Shown here piece by piece: positions 45,524 to 53,527 of a DNA stretch of 64,000 nucleotides (the stretch's first letter is position 1; each line of letters opens with the position of its first letter). The stretch covers positions 183,038 through 247,037 of the forward strand of contig JBGALR010000003.1 in assembly GCA_044223735.1 (NCBI GenBank). Reading direction: 5' to 3'. The position numbers and the translations under genes are program-made. The DNA is from Limisphaerales bacterium (lineage in GTDB: Bacteria; Verrucomicrobiota; Verrucomicrobiia; Limisphaerales; UBA8199). The notes beneath the pieces were generated by a model. That model saw only the letters and a list, made by a program, of their open reading frames with translations, ran no database searches and was not told where the DNA came from.

Positions 45524-46795
45524 ATGCTTTACGAAATGTGGCTGGAGGTTGCGCGGGAACGCGGTCGCGAAATCGCCCTATGGGAATGTGGTTCGGGGCG
45601 ACGCTGGCGCTTCAGCGAATTGCGGGACCGAGCCGAATGCGAAGCCGTTGAGCCTGGATCATGGGTTTTTCCTCAGGGGCATTCTTCCGACTTTCTGCTG
45701 GCGACCTTGCGCGCGTGGCGGGCGGGCGCCGTCGTTTGTCCTTTGGAACGGGAACAGTCGCGGCCCGTGTTTCCGCACCCCCCTCAGGCCTGCTGTCATT
45801 TGAAGACGACCTCCGCGACTTCGGGACGCGCGCGCGCTATTGCGTTCACGGCGGAGCAATTGACGGCTGACGTGCGGAATATCGTCGCGACAATGGGCTT
45901 GCGCGCGGAATGGCCCAATCTCGGAGCGATATCGCTCGCGCATTCCTACGGTTTTTCCAATCTGGTATTGCCATTATTTTTGCACGGCATTCCTTTGATC
46001 CTTGCGCAATCGCCCTTGCCGGAAATGGTGAAGGCAGCGGCAGCAGGTCACGAAAATATGACCCTGGCGGGCGTGCCGGCGCTGTGGCGCGGATGGAGTG
46101 AGGCCGGGGCGATTCCCGATTCAGTTCGGCTGGCGATTTCGGCAGGTGCTCCATTGAGACTCGAATTGGAACAATCCATATATGACCAACGTGGATTGAA
46201 AATTCACAATTTCTACGGTTCCTCGGAATGTGGCGGGATTGCTTTCGATCCCTCGCCCATTCCCCGCAACGATGAAGCTTGCGTGGGACAAGCGATGCGC
46301 GATGTGAATTTAAGCGTGGCGGAAAGCGGCTGTCTGGAAGTGCGCGGCGACGCAGTTGGCGAATGCTACTGGCCGGAGTCAGAGCCCGCACTGGGAGACG
46401 GTAGATTTTGCACCAGCGATCTGGCGGAGATCAAAAATGGCGAGGTGAGTTTGCGCGGGCGCGTGGGAGATCAAATCAATGTCGCCGGGCGCAAAGTTGC
46501 GCCGGAAACGATCGAAGCAACATTGAGATTGCACGCCGGGGTGAAGGATTGTTTGGTATTTGGCATTCCCGAAGCCACCGGGGAAAGAAGTGAATGCATC
46601 GTGGCCTCTGTGGTTACGATGCGGCCGATTGATGAAAAGCAGTTGAAGCTGTTCCTGCAGGAACATTTGCCGGCGTGGCAGGTGCCGCGGGAGTGGTGGT
46701 TGGTTCCTTCGCTCTCCGCCAATGCTCGAGGAAAAATTTCGCGGACCGATTGGGCGCGTCGCTATTTGGAAATTCGCAGGCAGCGGAGCGCGTGA
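45524..46795 (+). CDS. AMP-dependent synthetase/ligase (short ANL adenylating enzyme; candidate starter-unit:ACP ligase)
   Basis: ATG at 45524 after GAAGG (alternative GTG at 45518). 'TTSATSGRARAI', 'YGSSECGGIA', 'TSDLAEIKNGEVSLRGRVGDQINVAGRKV'. Confidence 0.8.
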   Translation: MLYEMWLEVARERGREIALWECGSGRRWRFSELRDRAECEAVEPGSWVFPQGHSSDFLLATLRAWRAGAVVCPLEREQSRPVFPHPPQACCHLKTTSATSGRARAIAFTAEQLTADVRNIVATMGLRAEWPNLGAISLAHSYGFSNLVLPLFLHGIPLILAQSPLPEMVKAAAAGHENMTLAGVPALWRGWSEAGAIPDSVRLAISAGAPLRLELEQSIYDQRGLKIHNFYGSSECGGIAFDPSPIPRNDEACVGQAMRDVNLSVAESGCLEVRGDAVGECYWPESEPALGDGRFCTSDLAEIKNGEVSLRGRVGDQINVAGRKVAPETIEATLRLHAGVKDCLVFGIPEATGERSECIVASVVTMRPIDEKQLKLFLQEHLPAWQVPREWWLVPSLSANARGKISRTDWARRYLEIRRQRSA

Positions 46796-46816
46796 ATTTT
46801 GCGGTGCCCGCGCCGT

Positions 46817-47251
46817 TCACGGCACATCGCCGCTGAGGGCCAGGCTCGCTTCCAAAATCAAGCGTTCACCAATCATGCTCTTCGCTTCGGCTTGAATCAG
46901 TCCGCCTAACCGCCCGGTGATTGAAGCCTGGGTGATAATGCGCTCGTTGGGCCTGGCCGCACCCAAGATTTTCACATGGCGCAAGGCGGTAAGCCTCAGA
47001 TTTTTTAGCGGCGGAATTTGTGGATCCGATTGCGCCACCACGCCCGCAACTTGCGCTGCCGCTTCGACTAGCAAAACGCCCGGAAATATCGGCTTGCCCG
47101 GGAAGTGGCCGTCCAAAAACGGTTCGTCGCCGCGCACGCGATATTCGCCGGCGCCCTCCTTGCCCGGTACCAGGCTGACCATCCGATCCACAAAACGAAA
47201 CTCGGGGCCATGCGGCAATTGACTCAGTGCTTGTTCCAGGTAATCGCTCAT
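46817..47251 (-). CDS. FabA/FabZ-like 3-hydroxyacyl-ACP dehydratase
   Basis: 'LPHGPEFRFVDRMV' and 'LDGHFPGKPIFPGVLLVEAAAQVAG'. Confidence 0.88.
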   Translation of the reverse strand: MSDYLEQALSQLPHGPEFRFVDRMVSLVPGKEGAGEYRVRGDEPFLDGHFPGKPIFPGVLLVEAAAQVAGVVAQSDPQIPPLKNLRLTALRHVKILGAARPNERIITQASITGRLGGLIQAEAKSMIGERLILEASLALSGDVP

Positions 47252-47256
47252 ACCTC

Positions 47257-47934
47257 TCAGTTCTTCATCGGTTCGGCGACTTTGTAATCGGTGGGGATGT
47301 TCGCCTCGAAAGTGCCCGCCGGCAGTGGGGCGTTGGTGACTGAATTGGAAAAGTCGTTTCGCATGGATGAGCCGTCACTGAATTTCAATTCGGTTGACGC
47401 AGGCGTAAAATCGGCCGCGCGGAAGCCCACCACAATCGCGGTCATGAATTTTTGCGCGAAGGTGCTCTTGGGTTGGAGCGATAGTTGCACCACGCCGTTG
47501 GTTTCGATCACGGTGCCGATTTTAAATTGGGATTCAAGCTGGCTCCGGCTGCGGGGAAAACTCGCTTCGAGCAATGCCAATGCATCGCGCCACGGCCCCG
47601 GCTGGCTGACATTCAAAGGATATTTCTCCGCTCGCTTCAATCGTGGATAGAGCAGAACCAGTTGATCTGGCTGTCGAATGGCAATCGTTTGTGGCGGTCT
47701 GCCCAGCTCCCACCGAAAATGATCGGGTATCGCCACGAAAACGCGACCAGTCGAAACCAGTGGTTGCGAAAAACTTTTGATGACTCGAGTCTGCACGGCG
47801 TCCGCCGACCACGTGTGCATATTCGTTTGCGCGGCGAACCATGCGCTTAGAAGCGGGCTCTCAGCCAGGAGATTTTTTTGTCCGGCGAGTAAGAGTGCCA
47901 CCGCGATGGCGAACTGGAGATACGTGCTTTTCAT
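47257..47934 (-). CDS. LolA-like lipoprotein/lipid carrier
   Basis: Signal peptide 'FAIAVALLLAGQKNLLA'. 'GRVFVAIPDHFRWELGRPPQTIAIRQPDQLVLLYPRLKRAE' is LolA-like. ATGA overlap with the upstream gene. Confidence 0.65.
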   Translation of the reverse strand: MKSTYLQFAIAVALLLAGQKNLLAESPLLSAWFAAQTNMHTWSADAVQTRVIKSFSQPLVSTGRVFVAIPDHFRWELGRPPQTIAIRQPDQLVLLYPRLKRAEKYPLNVSQPGPWRDALALLEASFPRSRSQLESQFKIGTVIETNGVVQLSLQPKSTFAQKFMTAIVVGFRAADFTPASTELKFSDGSSMRNDFSNSVTNAPLPAGTFEANIPTDYKVAEPMKN

Positions 47935-50900
47935 GGATTATGTTTCGGCTGATTGCCCTCGTCGGGCCATACCGGGACAAAGTGAAACCATTGATCCAGA
48001 TGTTGCCGTATCTCCGGCTCAAAGGCGGTCATAATTTTTTGCGTGAGTTCGCGACGCGCATCGCGATTTCCCAGCGCCCGCCGGTCATATTCGATTTCCG
48101 TCATCAAATTGGCCGTATATTGGTTTTGCCCGCGCGTGATTGAAGCGCAAAATATCCCACAGCCCGAGGCTCTCGCCAATTCCGCCGCGGCAATGGCAGC
48201 CGGAAACGGCCGGCCAAACAGCTCCACGGTGACCGCCGTCGCCGGCACGGGGCGATCAATGAGGAGCGCGATGACGGCGCCTTCCTGGAGTCGCTGGATG
48301 ACTTCGACAAAAGCAAATGCATCCTGGCCGATCGTCAGGGTTTCGATGCCCCAACGCGCGCGTGAGGCGCTGCGAAGCTCTGTGAAACCCGCCCCGGGCT
48401 CAGCCTGCGTTATCGCGAGCAGGGAGATGCCGCGGCTCTTCATCAACTGGCCTCCGATCTCCCAGTTGCCAAGGTGCGGCGTCACGAGCAACGCGCCTCG
48501 TCCGCTATGATGGCAGGCCTGCAACCGTTGAAAGTTTTCCTCATGCATTACTTCGACTGGCGCTGGAATGCCGTTTTCGTAGTTCCACAGGTCGAGCAGC
48601 TTCAGCGCGAACTGACGGTATAGACGTCCCGCCATTTTAATGGCGGCGGTACGATTGTTATTTAACGCGGGCAGGAGATTTTGAATTACGATTTCGCGAC
48701 GGTCGCGGTTTAAGAGTTGATAAATTTCTGCCAGCGCCAGGGAAATGCCTCGAAGCATGAACGGCGGCATGACGCGAGTGACCGCCAACGCCAGCCGCCA
48801 GATGCCGGGACGATAAAGAGATGAGGTCGCAACTTGGGAGGGAGCGTCGTCTCGGGCGTGGAGTGCGAGCCACCATGAGGGCAGGAGAAAAATGGAAATA
48901 ATTACATTCGCGGCGATGCCGATGGCGCAGACTTTTCCCAGGCTCGCCATGCCCAAATTGCCGGAGAATGCGAGCGAGCCGAAACCGGTGATCGCCGTGC
49001 CCCCGCAAAGCAGCAGCGCTCGCCCAATGGAGCGCCGCACCGCTCGGGCATCGCCGCGCAGGCGGCGAAGGCCAAGCTGAATGAAAATCCCGTAGTCCAC
49101 GCCCGTGCCCAGAATCAAGGGCACGCCCATGAGGTTCAGCAAATTCCATGACCACCCGGCAATTCCCATGACCGCCATCAGGCAAACGCCACTGAGTAAC
49201 AACGCACCAAAACTGAGGGCCACTTCCTTGACGCTGCGAAAAGCCAGCCACAATGAAAGCAGCACGAGCGCGAGCATCGCGATAACCATCACGCCCAATC
49301 GCGGCTTCACCCGTTCCAACGTTGCTGCGCCCAGCAGCGGCCAGCCCGAAACGGAAATTCCCGCGAGCTCAAACTTTTCCGACAGGGCCGAAAGTGCTGC
49401 AGTCGACGTTCGGTTGGTCGCGGGATAGACAAGGCCAAGGGCGAACCATTCGTTGGAGGAGTGTGCGGCGAATCGTTGCAGAAGCCACTGGCTCATTTGA
49501 TTCGTCGGCCAGATTGTCTCGACACTTGCGCCATATCGGGTCCAGTCGCGAAGCAATTCGCCAGTGAGGTCCATCGCGTTGGTGTTGAAGCCCTGTTGCG
49601 CCGCCGCTTTATTGAGCCGCGGTCCTTGTCGGCCGAGGGATAGGGCCGTCGCACGATTCTGTTGCTGCCACTCTGGTTGCGGCCAGAGCGTTGAAGGCAA
49701 AGTGAAGTTGGCGATCCAGCCGTTGGAGCGTCCGGCCGCGAGCATCGCCTCGGCTTCTGCGAGTTTGCGGTGCACGGCCAGTTCTGTGGCGCCACTGGCG
49801 ATCACCCATAACGGATCCTGAGGTATGCCTACTGATGCGGTGATTTCGTTCAGCGCAGTTTCTGCTTCCGTATGTTGAATCCGCAATGCATCGCCGGTGT
49901 TGTCCAGGCCCGGTTGCCTGACGATTAATACGGCGGCGGCAATCAGGATGATTGCGGTCGTTAGCCCAAGAGCGGGGCGAACGTTGGTGGTCGGCGATTG
50001 GGTGGCCGGTTCCGTCGCCTCCGTGATCGGCGGAAAAAGAAATGTCCACCATTTTGGCCGTGCATCAGAAGTCCTGGCGATAAGTCGTTCAGGAAATAGC
50101 GGCGGCAAAAAAGCAACGACCATGACAATCGCTGCGAGTGCGACGCCAATCGCGACGAGAGAACCCAGCTGCGCGAGCCCGGGCAGTCCGCCAAAATTTA
50201 AAACCGAAAATGCCGCGATCGTCGTAATGGCCGCCCACAAAATACTCGGGGCAATCGCACGGCGAATTTCCGGCACGGAAAGCTGAGGGTGCGCGAGCGC
50301 TTCTTGATAGTGAACGACCGCGTAGTCCACCGCGAGGCCGAGCAGCACGGCCGCGAAGCCGAGACTGATGACATTGATCGTGCCCAATATCAAACTTCCC
50401 AGCCCCATCGTGGCCACCAGGATTAAAGCCAGCAAAGCCAGCAGCCACATCATCGGACGCCAGCGACGATGCGTGAGCCAGAAGAGCATGGCGATGATGG
50501 CCGCCGTGCCGATCACCGAGCCAGTCATGTCGCGCCGCATGCTTGTGGCGATTTCCGCGACGAAGGCGGGCCGACCGGTGGCATGCACCACGACGCCCTG
50601 CCAGTCCGGCTTATGGGCGCGGAAATGTTCCACGGCGCTCTTGATCGCCGACAGCCAATCCGCGCAGTCGCGCCACGTTTTCAAGTCATGGCCAGCCTGT
50701 ATAAAAATTACGCGAAACGTTCCGTCGGCAGAAGCGAACATGCGGTCGCCTTGCTCCGGCGACATGCCACTCAGTGCCGCCGTCGCCGGCACGTTCAAGA
50801 AGTCGTAGGGATCAAACGCGCGCCGCGCGATTTCCATTGGGGAGAGCGAAGTAGCGAGCGTCTCCTTCGCTTCCGCGAGGGTGGCGTCGATGTGTTCCGG

Positions 50901-51281
50901 CGCCAGGCGATTGGTGAGGGAAGCGAAAACGTCAGGCGGCTGGTTGAACCATAAGTAGGCGACCATTTCCGCGGCCTGCTCGGGATGTTCCATCCAGGGT
51001 GCCTGCCAGGAAACGCTGGCAACCAGGTTCGTTTCGCTTCGGAGGTATGCCGCCAATTCTCCGGCGAGCCGTTCCGAGCTATCGCGTTTGGGGAAGCGTA
51101 GCGTCAGGATGAGTTCGCGCGCGTTGGAAAAATGTTCCTGATAAAGCTTCAGGCCGCGCACACCGGGTTCGTCGGCGGGCAGAAGATTCAACACATCCAC
51201 ATCCAGTCGCAATCGCACGAGGCCGATCACCGCCGGTATCGCGAGCAAGATCCACCACCATTGCTTCAGCGCGCGCATCAC
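47931..51281 (-). CDS. Fusion: MMPL/RND-type exporter (N-terminal ~800 aa) + LpxL/LPLAT-family acyltransferase (C-terminal ~300 aa)
   Basis: Two RND half-repeats with 'GLAVDYAVVHY' and 'GTGVDYGIFIQ'. The C-terminal 'LLVTPHLGNWEIGG' (H-x4-E, encoded at 48459-48476) is typical of lipid A-type acyltransferases. GTG at 51281 or ATG at 51278. Confidence 0.8.
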   Translation of the reverse strand: MMRALKQWWWILLAIPAVIGLVRLRLDVDVLNLLPADEPGVRGLKLYQEHFSNARELILTLRFPKRDSSERLAGELAAYLRSETNLVASVSWQAPWMEHPEQAAEMVAYLWFNQPPDVFASLTNRLAPEHIDATLAEAKETLATSLSPMEIARRAFDPYDFLNVPATAALSGMSPEQGDRMFASADGTFRVIFIQAGHDLKTWRDCADWLSAIKSAVEHFRAHKPDWQGVVVHATGRPAFVAEIATSMRRDMTGSVIGTAAIIAMLFWLTHRRWRPMMWLLALLALILVATMGLGSLILGTINVISLGFAAVLLGLAVDYAVVHYQEALAHPQLSVPEIRRAIAPSILWAAITTIAAFSVLNFGGLPGLAQLGSLVAIGVALAAIVMVVAFLPPLFPERLIARTSDARPKWWTFLFPPITEATEPATQSPTTNVRPALGLTTAIILIAAAVLIVRQPGLDNTGDALRIQHTEAETALNEITASVGIPQDPLWVIASGATELAVHRKLAEAEAMLAAGRSNGWIANFTLPSTLWPQPEWQQQNRATALSLGRQGPRLNKAAAQQGFNTNAMDLTGELLRDWTRYGASVETIWPTNQMSQWLLQRFAAHSSNEWFALGLVYPATNRTSTAALSALSEKFELAGISVSGWPLLGAATLERVKPRLGVMVIAMLALVLLSLWLAFRSVKEVALSFGALLLSGVCLMAVMGIAGWSWNLLNLMGVPLILGTGVDYGIFIQLGLRRLRGDARAVRRSIGRALLLCGGTAITGFGSLAFSGNLGMASLGKVCAIGIAANVIISIFLLPSWWLALHARDDAPSQVATSSLYRPGIWRLALAVTRVMPPFMLRGISLALAEIYQLLNRDRREIVIQNLLPALNNNRTAAIKMAGRLYRQFALKLLDLWNYENGIPAPVEVMHEENFQRLQACHHSGRGALLVTPHLGNWEIGGQLMKSRGISLLAITQAEPGAGFTELRSASRARWGIETLTIGQDAFAFVEVIQRLQEGAVIALLIDRPVPATAVTVELFGRPFPAAIAAAELARASGCGIFCASITRGQNQYTANLMTEIEYDRRALGNRDARRELTQKIMTAFEPEIRQHLDQWFHFVPVWPDEGNQPKHNP

Positions 51282-51802
51282 GGAGTCAGAAATCCTTCGA
51301 TAAACTCACCCGATTTCAGGTTCTCCAAACGCCAGCCGCCGTCATCCTGGCGGGTGAATTTAAAATTCTTCGGCAGCGACTGGCCGGCAAGAGCGGCTCT
51401 CAAGTAAAGCCAGGCGAACCGATTCGGCGCTTCCCCTTTGCCACTAAACACATAATGGCGCGCCGGAAATTCAATGAGCCAGTTCGTCGAGGTCGCTTGT
51501 CCTGCGGTGATGGGCAGCGGAGTTTTTGAAAAGTCGAAAACGAAACTGCCGTCAGGCCGCGTCGCGACCAACAAATCGCCGCTCAACTCGGGCCGTTTGT
51601 GGCTTGGCCGCCATACCGCCTGACCTTGCTGAATCTGCCAATCTGCGCCGGAGGGTCGCCGTCGTTCAATTTTTGTCGTGTTGCATCCGTTCCCCAACAG
51701 TAGCGCGCCCGCCAGCAGCGACCTCAGAAGGCCTTGCCGGAAAAAATTGCGGGCTAAAACAAATGGCGACACGCGGCCACTATACAGAACTCCGCGAGAC
51801 AT
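51278..51802 (-). CDS. Lipoprotein of unknown function (occupies the DUF3261-like position of aryl-polyene clusters)
   Basis: Lipobox 'LLLGNGC'. The stop overlaps the exporter start. Confidence 0.5.
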   Translation of the reverse strand: MSRGVLYSGRVSPFVLARNFFRQGLLRSLLAGALLLGNGCNTTKIERRRPSGADWQIQQGQAVWRPSHKRPELSGDLLVATRPDGSFVFDFSKTPLPITAGQATSTNWLIEFPARHYVFSGKGEAPNRFAWLYLRAALAGQSLPKNFKFTRQDDGGWRLENLKSGEFIEGFLTP

Positions 51803-51841
51803 GCCTTGCCCAATTTTTCGTTGATTCCAACGTAAAAACGA

Positions 51842-52555
51842 CTAACACCAACGAATCCCATTCGGCAGGGATTGGGCCGCAAATTCCAGATGCACCACGC
51901 GGCGGTGGTGGGGATTCAATGCGGGCGATGAGGCATGCAACAGCAGGGGACGCATCAGCAGCACTCCGCCTCGTGGGACGAGGCAGGGAATATCACTTTT
52001 TCTTTCCCGCCATTGGGAAATCTCCGTCGCGCCAAGCCGGCCGGAATTGTGCGAGCCGGGAATCACGCGCAGCGGACCGTTGCTCTCGCCGCAATCATCG
52101 AGATGCAAGCGCACCGTCAACATCTGCTCCAGAACGGAAACCGGCGGTTGAACATGCACAACGCCGTCTTTCATCGACCACGCTTCAAAGCCAGGCGTTT
52201 CGATTTTCTCGCAAACGGCGATGGTTAGATCCTGGTGCCACGCGACTTTCCAATTGGCCCCCGGCACTTTGTCGAATAACAAACTGCGGCCCACGAAAGC
52301 GTTCGCACCGAGAATCGGTTCCACCAAAGCTCTAATCGCCGGACTGTCGGCAAGTTCGCGCGCGGCGGGAATTGTCTGAACCAGGTGACGTATCGCGTGG
52401 GAGCCGAGGTCTCTTCGTTGCGCCGCGGCTTCCTCAATGGCGATAGAGAGTTGATCAACCGCTTGTTGAGGAACCGCGCCGGGCACGATGGCAAAGCCAG
52501 TTTCGCGCAACTGCTCTGACAACTTTGCGTCGAGCGCCTGCCTTTTCGTCTGCAT
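51842..52555 (-). CDS. Phytanoyl-CoA dioxygenase (PhyH)-family Fe(II)/2-oxoglutarate oxygenase
   Basis: 'WHQDLT' (HxD), 'LRVIPGSH', 'LLHASSP'. Lies 39 nt upstream of the lipoprotein gene on the same strand. Confidence 0.8.
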   Translation of the reverse strand: MQTKRQALDAKLSEQLRETGFAIVPGAVPQQAVDQLSIAIEEAAAQRRDLGSHAIRHLVQTIPAARELADSPAIRALVEPILGANAFVGRSLLFDKVPGANWKVAWHQDLTIAVCEKIETPGFEAWSMKDGVVHVQPPVSVLEQMLTVRLHLDDCGESNGPLRVIPGSHNSGRLGATEISQWRERKSDIPCLVPRGGVLLMRPLLLHASSPALNPHHRRVVHLEFAAQSLPNGIRWC

Positions 52556-52585
52556 GACGCTTCAGCATCACTTCCATGACATCGA

Positions 52586-52614
52586 GAGGCAATGCGATTC
52601 TATCGCATTGCCTC
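52586..52614 (-). terminator. Perfect 12-bp-stem hairpin between the VOC gene and the PhyH gene
   Basis: GAGGCAATGCGA-TTCTA-TCGCATTGCCTC, starting 23 nt after the VOC stop. No U-tract. Confidence 0.4.
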
Positions 52615-52637
52615 CTTTGGTGAAATAGCTGCGGAAA

Positions 52638-53084
52638 TTACTTCGCGATTTCCGGAACTACATTAATCATCCAACCGATGCCGAAGCGGTCAGTCAGCAT
52701 TCCAAAGCGCGGCGACCAGAAGGTTTTGGTCAGCGGCATTTTTACCTGGCCACCCTCCGCCAGCGCATTAAAATACCGCTCCGCTTCCGCTTCCGTTGCG
52801 ACGGCGAGGGACAGGGAAAAGCCTTCAAATGCCGGTTTCTGGGTGTCGCAACCGTCGGAGGCCATGACGGTGGTCTGGCCGATGCGAAAGCTGGTGTGCA
52901 TGATTTTGTTTTCGTATCCGGGCGGCACCATGCCCGGCGGCGGGGTGTCGGGACTGTCCTTGAAACGCATGGTCATCAAAACCTCGGCGCCGAGGGCAGT
53001 GCGATAAAACTCGACGGCTTCCTCGCAATTGCCGTTAAAAAAGAGATACGATTGGATGATTCGTTTGTCGTTGGAGGTGCTCAT
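52638..53084 (-). CDS. VOC-superfamily PhnB/YjdN-like protein
   Basis: 'IQSYLFFNGNCEEAVEFYRTALGAEV...MHTSFRIGQTTVMASD...FGIGWMI'. Confidence 0.8.
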   Translation of the reverse strand: MSTSNDKRIIQSYLFFNGNCEEAVEFYRTALGAEVLMTMRFKDSPDTPPPGMVPPGYENKIMHTSFRIGQTTVMASDGCDTQKPAFEGFSLSLAVATEAEAERYFNALAEGGQVKMPLTKTFWSPRFGMLTDRFGIGWMINVVPEIAK

Positions 53085-53210
53085 GGATTTTATGAATTGT
53101 TTTGCATCGTTCGCACATAAGACGAACAGGGAAACCGGAACAGGACAATATTTTTAAAAATTTATCCTGCATCCCGGTTGAATGATTCCGGGCGTTGCCC
53201 GCCGACGCCA

Positions 53211-53444
53211 TCAAATTCCATCATTCCCGATCGAATCACTTGGGCAACCATGCAGGGCCTCCTCAGCGCGCGCAATGTCTTCCGGGTTGTCCGGCTGTCG
53301 GTAGACGACCGACATGCCCAGATCGTCATCGCGATGGAAGAAGTCCGGGACCGCGTTTCGACAGATGTCGCAGTCCACGCAACTCGCGTCCACGTAAAAG
53401 CGTCCGGGTGTATTTTGAATCAAGCGATCAGATATCTTTGCCAT
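53211..53444 (-). CDS. Small single-cluster ferredoxin
   Basis: 'FYVDASCVDCDICRNAVP...HGCP' is a CxxCxxC...CP pattern. Confidence 0.75.
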   Translation of the reverse strand: MAKISDRLIQNTPGRFYVDASCVDCDICRNAVPDFFHRDDDLGMSVVYRQPDNPEDIARAEEALHGCPSDSIGNDGI

Positions 53445-53501
53445 ATATTTGTTATTCTTTTCGATCCCAGATTAGGCCTGATTGGTGTGTGACAAAAATT
53501 C

Positions 53502-53520
53502 ATTAATGGAATATATTAAT
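53502..53520. promoter_or_regulatory. AT-rich dyad ATTAAT-N7-ATTAAT in the ferredoxin/LysR divergent region (candidate LysR-type box)
   Basis: ATTAAT at 53502-07, GGAATAT, then ATTAAT at 53515-20, 8 nt upstream of the lysR-family ATG. Confidence 0.25.
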
Positions 53521-53527
53521 TCAATAA

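Larger units (their letters stand above)
37951..52555. other. Aryl-polyene-like type II PKS/FAS + envelope-export gene cluster with atypical accessory enzymes
   Basis: Contiguous genes: halogenase, ACP, KR, CLF, KS, radical SAM, GT2, small membrane protein, Cys-His-Asp protein, adenylating enzyme, FabZ-like DH, LolA-like, MMPL-LPLAT fusion, lipoprotein, PhyH. Many junctions are 4-nt overlaps. Confidence 0.7.

Noticed and set aside
51526-52335. 269-aa plus-strand ORF, and similarly 59395..60261 (-) and 60650..61378 (-)
   Set aside because: They are antisense to the PhyH/lipoprotein genes, the 59347 hypothetical gene and the CheY-like receiver gene respectively. Their translations are Arg-rich and low-complexity.
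51842-52555. PhyH-family protein as an Fe/2OG halogenase
   Set aside because: The facial triad reads H-Q-D ('WHQDLT'). Halogenases of this superfamily replace the carboxylate with Ala or Gly, so a hydroxylase type is more likely.
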